Source: Phoronis australis (Eukaryota > Animalia > Phoronida). Taken from it: a stretch of DNA of 64,000 nt. Both the position numbers and the translations under genes were made by a program. The DNA is taken from positions 749,499 to 813,498 of the forward strand of contig NMRA01000057.1 in NCBI GenBank assembly GCA_002633005.1. The letters run 5' to 3'. A model generated the notes under the pieces. That model saw only the letters and a list, made by a program, of their open reading frames with translations. It did not search any database and was not told where the DNA came from. Of this stretch, positions 12,301 to 21,545 are shown in pieces; within the stretch, counting starts at the first letter, position 1; every line of letters begins with the position of its first letter.

Positions 12301-15300
12301 CTGGCTATCCAAAAAGAAGATTTTCTGGAAGATTCTAACAAAAAATCAGAAGTTGCGCAATACATAAAGTGACCCCCCCTTGTCTGTCCATTGCAGTACC
12401 CCCTCTGTGTATTAGCCTGAACCTGTGTCTTGTACCAGTGCTACGCAATTACCATGAACTTACTTTGCAAGAGCTTTTTCCAAGAACGGCACCCACATTT
12501 CACCATTAAATGAAGCTGAGCGAGCGGCCCAGGGTTTGCCATCTTTTACAGGAAGAAAGTCATCACAGACAATATCTATCCACTGTCCAAAGTCCCAGAG
12601 ACGGCAGTGGAAAAGTCCCTTGGCTTGGTCATAGGACGCCTCGCCTTTAGGAAAAATCTGTAATCATCAACTTAGTATTGACTGTTGAAGACATTTCAAT
12701 GCATATGCATTTGGTAAGTCTTATTACAATACAGTGGCCGCAATCGTAAAGTAAGTGAGTTTATCAGACACGGCTTAAAAGCCTGAAAAATTCAGTCCAA
12801 TGGCTCAAAAGCATGGCTCTCCGACCACCAAATAAGAAGCAGTACAGACAGAACATGTCTTACACACCAATAAAACTCGTACTTGGGACTCACTGACCAC
12901 CCAGCACCATACATTGACATGGAGTTAGTGAGAGATTTTTCTAAGCCATCTTTTGTGCGATCATGACCACCATGCTTGGAGGTAGGTCATCTGTGCTGTG
13001 AGGCAAAAAATATGTCGTGTTTATAAGAAATAACTATGTTTAAGGGTGCAACAGCCATGCTGTTTGGGTAACCTGTATTAGAAATAACTTGCTTTAGCAG
13101 ACATGCACCATTAATATTAACTCAGCACACTGTCCATCCAAACATCACGGCTCATGAGTGGACGTATTAAACTTCGTTATAACAAATCATACACAGAGCT
13201 CACTTACAACCAGACATAGATCGCTGAAAGCAAACCAAGAGCCGGATTCACAAAACACTGCTCATGCACTCAAAAAAACTTGCACACAGATTCACAACAT
13301 GGCTCACAGACTGTACAACACAGTGACTAGACATGGAGTCTGTGACCCATGTTTGAGGTAAATAATAATTGAGATAACAATAAATACAACTCACCAACTG
13401 TCAAAAACAGCTCACTGACCGCCAAATACAGTGCACTGCTTACAAACAAACACTCTGCCTAGGCTCTCAAACATGGGTGACAGACTCCATGTCTAGTCAC
13501 TGTGTTGTACAGTCTGTGAGCCATGTACAAATACAACTCACCAACGCCCATTTATGATTCTGTGAGCCCAGTTGATCGGGCCTCAAGGTTTATAAGAGAA
13601 GAAACTATGTTTCAATGAATCTAGCTCCTGCCTGGAGTTTGCAGACATTAAAAGCCCAGAAGGCAATATGGCTGTGCAAAGTGATTTAATGCCGAAACAC
13701 AATGTGGCACAAAAAGTTCATGATACTCGGTGTAACGAGGCATTTAATACAAACTTGCTGTATCATGTAATCTTTATCAGATATTGCAGCCAACATGCAG
13801 AGAAACCAACAGCTGCCCACTGACCCTTGACCTACGTCATACTTTGAGGTACCGTCTTGAAACAGGCATATGTCGGTGCAAAATTCCTGCAAAATGATAC
13901 ATGTGATTTGATTGGTACCTAGCTGAAGGAATGGTTTATTCACAACGCCATGGTATTTGGCTGGGTCCGAGTATGGTGGGAAGGACAGTAAAATGCAATT
14001 TAATGGAATAATGGAAAAAATTGACCAATGCGGTTGAAATTCTTCTAGAAGATTTAATGGCAAAATTCGTGAAGGAAATTGAAATAATTTAATTGTACAT
14101 CAACAATGAGTTAGTCAGTTCCCTAGTTTTGGAATTGTGTTGTTCTCTGGCAATCAGTCTTGTTTCACAAAGGTCCCATAAAGCTGTGACTCCAAAAAAG
14201 ATGTGAGCAAATGCAAAATCTCATCAATTCGGGACACAATATGGCGGACATTTTTTCATTTAATGATTTTCCATATTCAAGCTCTGCACCATAACTACCA
14301 TAAATATTTTTGAAAAAAATGGAATCCCATGACGAAAATAAAAATTAGCAATTTTGGCAATTATTTTTGTCCTAAATTGATAAAAGTTTACCACAGGTAA
14401 GTTCTGGTACCTTTTTAGAACAAGGTGAATAACTCTGCATGTACCAACAAGATCTTTTGAACTACCAGTAGTATAACAACAACAACAACAGGGCACCTAG
14501 AATTTAGGAAGCTTTACCTGTCAGTTTACAGCAAATATTATCACAACCTAGGAACCAGAAAGTCTGTTACTGGTTCCTAGTCACAACTGAATTTACTCTT
14601 GAAATCACTTTGCCATTTTATAATCTCCTCCATTGTCATAAACAGTAGTTGCAGGTTTTATCAATGCCTCCTGATTACATAATGTCCAAGCTACATTGTT
14701 GTTACAGGGTTGCTGGGACAACCCCATTGAAATTACTAGTGACTGCAGCCACATGCAACATAACTAGATCAGTTGTAGAGCTTGTCATAAGCAAAGACTC
14801 CATGCCATGTCAGCACCATCAACAGTTACTGTAACAAAAATGAATTTAAACAGAGTAACAGTACTGTTCACTTATCTACCATTTGTTGAATGAAATCGCC
14901 TAAACCGTAGTCTTATTTCATTTTTCAAACACTTAAAACTAATGTGATTAACAATGCAGACCATACTTGGGTAATTTTTCTTTAAGTATTTATGCAAACA
15001 TTTCACCAAATTCAATTTGACAGTTTTTTCATTTTTTCACAATGAGAGTGAAATGAAATTAACCTTCAGTTCCAAGCATTAAAATACCTACCCGAGGTCG
15101 TTTCCATTCTATACCATGCGTTTTCAACCCTCTCATGGCAATTTCAAATGTGAACCTCGCATCCGTCCACAGGCCTTTAAGATCAGCCTCATTTGGATAG
15201 CTGAGATCAGGCATGGGTCGCGTGCGTGGAACAGCGATGGCAATTTTCTGAACTCCTGTCAGACTACGGTGTACATCACCATAGGCAACCACTTCCTGTT

Positions 15301-15421
15301 TTTCATCCTGCTTCAGATTTCCTGTTGTGTTATGAGAAGATTTACAAGTTGTGCCATTTCCATGCCTTTTGGTGCTAGACTTGAGTTTGGTTTTTGTTGC
15401 AGATGATGAGCAAGCACCCAT
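190..15421 (-). CDS. Calpain (CysPc catalytic core + C2-like domain III), 9 coding exons in window, probably continues left of position 1. Exons: 15421-15092, 13886-13755, 12657-12464, 11703-11529, 11303-11247, 10541-10441, 9233-9064, 1242-1046, 389-190
   Basis: All exons have AG/GT boundaries and consistent phases, about 518 codons. Catalytic motifs QGSVGSCWFL, GHAYTLTG and RVRNPWG; also DDFLP, EKALAK, EWTGPWSD, DDGEFWMS and the domain III motifs GEW...NP and PGHYLIIPSTY..EGEFMLRIF. Confidence 0.92.
1046..1242 (-). CDS. Calpain domain III exon
   Basis: HVCTMYGEWQGSSAAGYKKYLNNPLF...; phase matches the 9064 donor. Confidence 0.87.
2484..2635. repeat. Minisatellite, 4 x 38 bp
   Basis: Unit gcccagtgcaaggctgtgagactatagagagtgagctg, head-to-tail with no spacers. 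Confidence 0.95.
3435..3685. mobile_element. Degenerate copy of the HINE-like family
   Basis: Shares ccaaatttcatgaa, aagggttttggagatagagcagcg and a decayed terminal hairpin with 1-128 and 23355-23521. Confidence 0.5.
4051..4740 (+). CDS. NAT8/camello-like GNAT N-acetyltransferase with hydrophobic membrane segment; intronless CDS nested antisense in a calpain intron
   Basis: 229-aa ORF: IVIRP start, hydrophobic stretch at about aa 53-90, LWVACDGKKIIGSVGL, acetyl-CoA motif A (RLGVKPQYRRRGLG), and ISLDT...N...YRTLGF. Confidence 0.9.
   Translation: MIKSNGDVNENIVIRPLKREDGEEVLDLIFNWHLWEQIFWEPRVKLLQHRTTWLYFFIVVAVTWTTFNPLIALLFGFGYFILLYTRLWLCSYSEFKKIENYEEFQNFPEFYLNPNDWNHLWVACDGKKIIGSVGLKKDSEEEIMLVRLGVKPQYRRRGLGTKLSQIAIDFAETLKGVKLISLDTKIYNKKSNSVYRTLGFEPTRQDHLFTVIPFGLEIVLQIYTLRVHS
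5340..6632. repeat. About 330-bp direct duplication (5340-5670 and 6294-6632) bracketing MITE-like fragments and a single-N join
   Basis: Both copies start taacctatattca.gcttttgttactctttg; there is an N at 6070. Confidence 0.85.
7967..8068. repeat. Minisatellite, about 3 x 35 bp
   Basis: Unit tgtgacttgggtgcacagccataggagcatatgac. Confidence 0.92.
8341..8798. mobile_element. PIF/Harbinger-like MITE spanning a gap
   Basis: TIRs gggctgttccagtaaaatc and gattttgctggaacagccc (1 mismatch), flanked by TTA on both sides. Confidence 0.7.
9064..9233 (-). CDS. Calpain exon, end of CysPc and linker
   Basis: APQWQFVDERTRRLLQRDEDDGEFWMSLTDF...NVTPDFDRDGTCDGL; tacag/gtgagt boundaries. Confidence 0.9.
10441..10541 (-). 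CDS. Calpain exon with catalytic Asn
   Basis: ITYQNKMLELLRVRNPWGRTINGEGEWTGPWSD; tttcag/gtaagc boundaries. Confidence 0.9.
11247..11303 (-). CDS. Calpain exon with catalytic His
   Basis: MAAHGLVGGHAYTLTGAVR; ttccag/gtaggt boundaries. Confidence 0.88.
11529..11703 (-). CDS. Calpain exon
   Basis: YCGSYINTTGGLISRAFRCLTGGITE matches the calpain GSY..L.GG....A...LTGG pattern. Confidence 0.88.
12464..12657 (-). CDS. Calpain exon (not in ORF track)
   Basis: Hand translation: IFPKGEASYDQAKGLFHCRLWDFGQWIDIVCDDFLPVKDGKPWAARSASFNGEMWVPFLEKALAK; tacag/gtaagt boundaries. Confidence 0.9.
13297..13526. repeat. 61-bp inverted repeat (13297-13357 and 13466-13526)
   Basis: Arms are reverse complements with one mismatch. 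Confidence 0.9.
13755..13886 (-). CDS. Calpain exon with catalytic Cys
   Basis: EFCTDICLFQDGTSKYDVGQGSVGSCWFLCMLAAI; cag/gtttgt boundaries. Confidence 0.9.
15092..15421 (-). CDS. Calpain first coding exon (MGACSSS...GIEWKRPR)
   Basis: ATG at 15421 lies 7 nt after a ttttcag acceptor. The exon ends with the WTDARF...IEWKRP start of CysPc and a GTAGGT donor. Confidence 0.85.
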
Positions 15422-17529
15422 AACTAGTCTGAAAATAACACAAAATTTTAATAACGGCCTTGAACATGTACTAGGCCTATAGAAGTGAAGAATATCTATC
15501 TCCAAGTCAAAGGCTGGTAAAATTTATGCAGTGTCCATGTACAAGGGAGGTTTTATTGACTTTATTGATTTGTCAAACCTGGCATGGAATTTTTGCTGTG
15601 TAGATGAGTAAATGGTTTTTTACATACATGAACTGTGATTTTACACTTTCAGCCTACCTCAGCAAAATGAACTGTGAATGGCATCTTTATGAACCATGAA
15701 GTGTGGCCTCCCACACCCCCAAGTGCATTCCAAAGTCATGTTGCACTGTACAAATATAAATGGCAAATCGGAGTGCTTTCACATAACTTTTTTGAGCTAC
15801 AAAATTTATTTGAAAAATCATTCACAACAACTGTAGTGTTTAATTGCTCCAAAAGTTGCATTCAAATTAAGTTATAAGCCCAAAACGGCTGAGCCAGATG
15901 TGACAATTGCACGATTCAACCAGTTGTTTCCACTTTGTACTAATAAACAGCTGGTGTTATTCAGCGAAAGTAACAGGTCAGGTTCTCTTCAACTATACTC
16001 AGCATTGACATAGTGCTTTTTAACATTTTTCACAGGAGAATGGGGTTGACATTCGATCCAAAAATCGAGGCATAAAGGGCCCCGAGTGGTGTCTGTGAAA
16101 TGTCAGTAATGTGAATATAGAGGGATCGATAAATGATGTGGAAATATAATGTACCAATAAATATCTTCATGTGTGTCAGGAAATGGGACTTTATCAGATG
16201 CTATAATGGTTGGGTCCTGCGAGAAGCTGGACACTGTTGGTAGTAGTGACAGTTAGTAATGTCAATGAACACAGCCTCTGCATAGTATAGGCCATACATC
16301 GCTCGTGGAGTAGGTTGTTGCACCAACTACATCTCAACATGATTCATAGGTGATTGCTCAAACACTACCCAAGTCTGGGGGCATGACATCCAGTTGGTCC
16401 ACTAACCACATGAACTCTCGTGCTACTGCGGAGCGTCTGCGGTGTCCACAGACGATGTATTGCCAAGACAAGCATCCTGACTACCACCATCAATCATGGC
16501 TTATACTCGTCTTCCGACTAGTATCACCGAACTCGCTCTTTGCAGTAGGCCTACAGTGGTTTACACCCCTTAAAACGCATGGTCAAACAGATTACTTACT
16601 TCACCTTCTGGTGATTACCTATGTAATTAGGATACTCATATGACACTCTTCGCCTTTTCACGGTCAATGTGTTCGCCAACCTCTTCGTCGAACTGTTTTG
16701 GTGTTCAATGGACTCGTCTGAGGAAAGACTAGTTTGGAACGAGTTAATATAAATGGCTAGTACACCACATCAAATTATTTCATCCAGCCCAAAAGTTACT
16801 AAGGTAATATTAAAGTAAGATTGGGTAAAGTATAACACCTAGATGTCATTTTTCTACCATGGGTTGTTGATAAGACTTTGATCTCCCTAGCAATAATGAG
16901 GCATTCCGTTAGAAATCAATACTAGCGACATCTCGTGGTTGATTGATGAACCATTATTGTTTAGACATCGATGACGAAGACCACCGATCATTTCACTATA
17001 CGTAAGCCAAGAACACGAAGCGCCACGCTAATGTTCTCTGATGGGCATCAATGCAAACTCGATGTCAGTCATAGGCCTATGTTGCGAAGCAAGGAAGGTC
17101 CACGGTGTAGGGGACTGGAGAAAAAAAAACGACTTTCAACGGTTAGTTTGTCAGCAAATAGACCTTTTATAACGTGTACCGGTACAAGAAAGGTTAATTA
17201 GGACAGTAGAAGAATGCACTATAATTTACCAATGCTGTCTTTGTTTATAACTTATTATTTATCATCCAACCACTGTTGGTTTACTTAGTGATGAAAAGTA
17301 CAACTAAAACTGAAAAATATAAGTTTTAAGTACGTAGAAAGAACCATGAAATAAGGAACCTGGTTTCAAAATTTGCCAGTTTCAGGAAGTCAATTCATTT
17401 ACTAATTTCATTAAAGAGAAGATGGTGCAGTCAATTGTCATTTATTAGGCTTTGAGAAAATAGCGAGATAGCTGAGACACCAAGCGAGTGTAACGTGATC
17501 TTCAATAAAATTCACTCACTGGTCCACTC

Positions 17530-17720
17530 AATTACTCCTTTCGCTACAGCAAAAGATATTCCTCAAGTTAAATTTGTCCAATAATGGTAAAAAATCTTTT
17601 CGCTTCGAGGCTGCTCGGGTCTGGAACAGTCTACCGAATATGTTGCGTACAACAGAGTCTTTGATTCGGACCTGGACTGACCCTGAATGCAGCTGTTCTC
17701 TTTGTAAACACTCCAAGTTG
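17530..17720 (+). mobile_element. 3' fragment of CR1/L2-group non-LTR retrotransposon ORF2
   Basis: GKKSFRFEAARVWNSLPNMLR...IRTWTDPECSCSLCK resembles the typical C-terminus of invertebrate CR1/L2-type ORF2. Confidence 0.7.
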
Positions 17721-18689
17721 AGTGTATACATGTACAATCGTTTCTTTTATACGTAGCATTTACATGTGTACCTACTAGTGACGGATTTAGAGGGGGGCCA
17801 AGGGGGCCATGGCCAAAGTTCATGTTCATAAAGATTCTTAGCAAAAATCCTGTTCTTTACTGCACGAGAGCAACTGAAGCAGCTTCGTTATGCATAAAGA
17901 GTTCTAAACAGAAGAACTTTTTAAATAGTCAGAGAATCCCTGAACACTGTGGGTGTTTACTGAAACGCCAACGGTAACAGCCTGAAGTGAAGATTGTGTT
18001 TTTGAAAGTCAACGAATTGTTAATAGGACCAGTCACCTAAAGGGAGAAGAACTGTAGCTCGCCGGCATTTTTACTGCCATAACGTTTTGCTTATTTTGAA
18101 CGGAATGGTTTCAGTAGTGACAAATCTAAAGCTGTTACAGTTTGATGACACCCGTTGCCTAACAATGGCAAACTTGACATGATGTAAATCCGATGATATC
18201 CGATTCAGTGGAGAGAATTTTCTTGAAACCATGTTTGGAAGCAAACGATTTTGTGTTCTGTGAAATAAATGTAGGCCTACGTACAATAAGTTGTTGTTGT
18301 TGTATACATTTTCCAAACTCTTAAGATTAGCGTCATTGATATTGCAAATGAGATATTGGTCTAAAATTGTAATTCGAGTGGACAAGTTTTAAAGTCGGTT
18401 GCATATGAATCCGATACACCATTCTTACGAAATGCATTAGGTCACCTCAAATTTGCTAATTTGGAAAATTTCTGACGGTTCTACATAACCTTAAGTATCC
18501 ATGTATTTTTAAAAAGTGACATTATGGCGAGAAAAGTCATTTTCTGACTGAGTCAGCCTCAGCGCAGACTCGAACCTTGAACCTTTTGCTTTTGCAGCAA
18601 ACCCTTTTACCAGCAGTCACAGTGTTGCACTGAGTCTTCAACAGAGGGTGTAGGGATTGTCCGAAGCGATGCTCTGGGATCTATAGTGG

Positions 18690-19110
18690 GGATGATGTCT
18701 TGGTAGTGGCCACTGATGGCTCCTTTTGTAAGGATACCAACCGCCGGAGCTGGCTGGGGATACCTGATCTGCCAGAATGATCCGGCTGACACTTGCAGAA
18801 GTATGTGGCTGCCATGACGTCTGCACAAGCACCACGTGTGGAGTTCGAGGCACTCCAACACAATGAAACCCTCCTGTGCTTCTCTGAGCTGCACCCTGAT
18901 CAGTGCGACGACGATCAACTTCGCCACTGACTCAATGGCTGTGCTGACTACGATCCGCTCTGGTCTGCTCCCATCCGTCTGGCTCATCTTCCGAGAGCAT
19001 TGCCCCACTCTAACGTGTTTTTTGGACCTATGTCTCCGGGCATGATGCCGGCGTTGTTGTGAATGAGCAGCTCGCCAGCCAGGCTGTGATACCAGTGCCA
19101 CCGAAGCTTA
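18690..19110 (+). mobile_element. Degenerate RNase H domain of a non-LTR retrotransposon (frameshifted)
   Basis: Across frames: VLVVATDGS, AGWGY, RVEFEAL, INFATDSMAVL, FWTYVSGHDAGVVVNEQLASQA, which is the RNase HI motif order. Confidence 0.75.
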
Positions 19111-20084
19111 ATTTATGCACCTGCATGACGACAAGCTGCTTGGACACTGCAGTAGTTGTGCTCCGCACAACATACAGCTGGGCGAATATAGCGAGGGCTT
19201 TCGTCTTCTACGACCAGATGCTCCCTGTCAGCTTTCAACCACCGGAAAGGTCCTCTGAGAAGACTTCGAATCAGCATCACCCCAATACCCTTCAGATACC
19301 CTCAGTGGATGTGGGCCTATGGGAAAAGGATTAGTGCCCAACATATGAACTCACTCGCAGAAGGCATGTCAGGTAATTAAACCAGCGAGATAACTTGAAT
19401 CACACCCTATAACGAACTAGCTGGTTTGCTTTTCAGCGAATATTTGTCAGCCGGGGTTATTTGTAATGTTATCACAAAAGCAGTATTTTACTGTATCATA
19501 ACTCTGTTTAAAAACTTCAAATAGTCGATCTCACCCAGCAAAGAATAATTAAAAAAAATGCGATTTTCGACAGTGAAAACTATAATGCATCAGGAAAGAC
19601 AGTTTGCCCAACCGCTAGAAGTTATTTCCAAGGATTTCTCAAATTTATCGACCAATGTAAGTACACGCAAGTCATTTTACGCTTAGCGCGAATCTTCAAC
19701 ACCCCATGCCAGTCTTTGTTTATTGGAAAACGATTTTCATGCAAGTCTCATTTTTCTTATAAGTACACTGATGTTCGTCAGTCTAACTGAAACAAAATGA
19801 AAACACTTATCCATTCTTACGGTTTAATCAAACCATGAATATAGAGATCACGAGAGTGTTGTCCCTGCAACATGTCTTTAAAATGGCGACCGGGTAGTAA
19901 AATTATTTTAAAAACCTTCTTTCGGATAAATTAGCAATAAATTAAATACTAACTCTCTCCTTACGCCGTTCACTTCTGGTTTTGGAACAGCCAAACCCTC
20001 ACTCTCGTGTAAATACCTATTTTTACATTTTTCCGTGAACCTCCTAGTTGCTATAAGACGCAGTTGTGTGTATTTGGGTCTGTA

Positions 20085-20232
20085 CATGGGCGGCGCAGCA
20101 CTGAAAAAAGTGAGAGGGGGTGGGGCTAAAGTCCCTTCAGCCCCCCGTGGTTCTCCGCCTATAGACCGTATGCGGCGTAGCTCTCAAAAAGTGGGAGGAC
20201 TATAGCCAGCCCCCTATGGTGCGCCGCCCATG
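20085..20232. mobile_element. Dimeric mini-MITE with catgggcggcgca TIRs
   Basis: Perfect 13-bp TIRs and flanking ctgta direct repeat; related inverted copy at 34558-34712. Confidence 0.65.
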
Positions 20233-21234
20233 CTGTAGCAAAGGCTGCAAGTCAGTGACAATTAAAGCTACGCATGCCGACCTAAACAATAATAATAGCA
20301 ACCCATACGGCATTGTGATAATTTCGGAGATATAAGCCAAAAAAGAGAGAATGGCTGCTCCCGAAGGACACTCTGCAAATTCATGAAATCAACATGTTTT
20401 TGACAGTTATTTTCGCTTTTCAGTAGCAATGCTTTCAGGTGTGCACTCCATACTCTGCTAGTTCAGATAACCACGGCCCACAACTGCAAAAGGGTAGCCT
20501 ACATGCAAGTCAGGTCTCCAAATGGTTCTATTAATTCTACTCTGCTATCTGCTAGGAGAGCACGTTTACAGGACAGAGGCAAAAACTTCAAGTTACCAGA
20601 ATATCACACTGAACTCTTGGAATCTGCCATTTCATGAAGTGCTTAGAGTTGGAATAAACACGTTCAATTTGAGCATCTCTATTGGACAATTTACTCCTAT
20701 CATTTCAATAGTCGACGACCTCTTAGGATGTAACTAATTTTTATGTATTTATTTAGACAAAAAGTGTTTTCTGCTGGTTTTTGGAAAAACACCCAAGGTG
20801 TGAACGATCTCCATGAAAAAAAAAATTGTAATTTTCTGAGTTTTACCAGTGACTTTTAAATGACATGTGTCGTGCTATCCCGACTTTCACGATGCTTATA
20901 CTGGGGCGCGTACTTGTCGACTCTTACATGTAGTTTCGACTTGGATCTGATAAATTATGCTCAATTGACCATTAAAACGACTTATGAGCAGTAACTCAAG
21001 GTTTTTTTTGTTAAATCATGCATGCATGTACACTGTATGTATTTCACAAAGGCTGTAGGCTAGTGAAGTGTGCCATTTAATGATGGTTGTGAACAACAAT
21101 AATAACTAATAACTAATGCGTTTACAATGCTTCAATTTTAATTCCAAAGTTTACAAATTCATATTAAGCGATTTCCCATTGAACGCAAAAATTTTGATCA
21201 TGTTACAAACTATATGCGTGGAAAATGTCCATCA

Positions 21235-21545
21235 CTAGTCCACCTGACTAGGCACTATGCTCGGGGGATGAGTGCCTGCGTAAACACTTCCGGGTCTGCT
21301 GGGAGCTCGGCTGCCCGCATATTCATTGTGGACGTATGATATGTTGTCTCTAAGTGCCTCTAGACGGCGCTGCAATTCAGCTTGCTTCCGATGTTCCCTG
21401 TGCTTTGAATATTTCCTGAACATTAGTGAAAAGCACACCACGGCCACTACAAAAGTCAACACCGCCAGCCATACGAGCAAAATGAGAATGGTCGTTGAAG
21501 TCAACAAGTTTTGTCCGCTCGGGGAGGTAAGAGCGGACGCAGTAC
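21235..21545 (-). CDS. Gene A last exon, TM helix and cytoplasmic tail
   Basis: [24 protein letters not shown] followed by basic RKYSKHR; stop at 21235. Confidence 0.85.

Noticed and set aside
16590-16720. Non-coding first exon of calpain (candidate GTAAGT donor near 16599)
   Set aside because: Plausible, since the ATG exon has an acceptor, but not supportable without transcript data.
18607-19101. 164-aa minus-strand ORF as a gene
   Set aside because: It has no recognisable motifs, and the plus strand carries the degenerate RNase H.
20522-20737. Short ORF with a signal-peptide-like start
   Set aside because: No recognisable domain, splice context or other support; likely chance.
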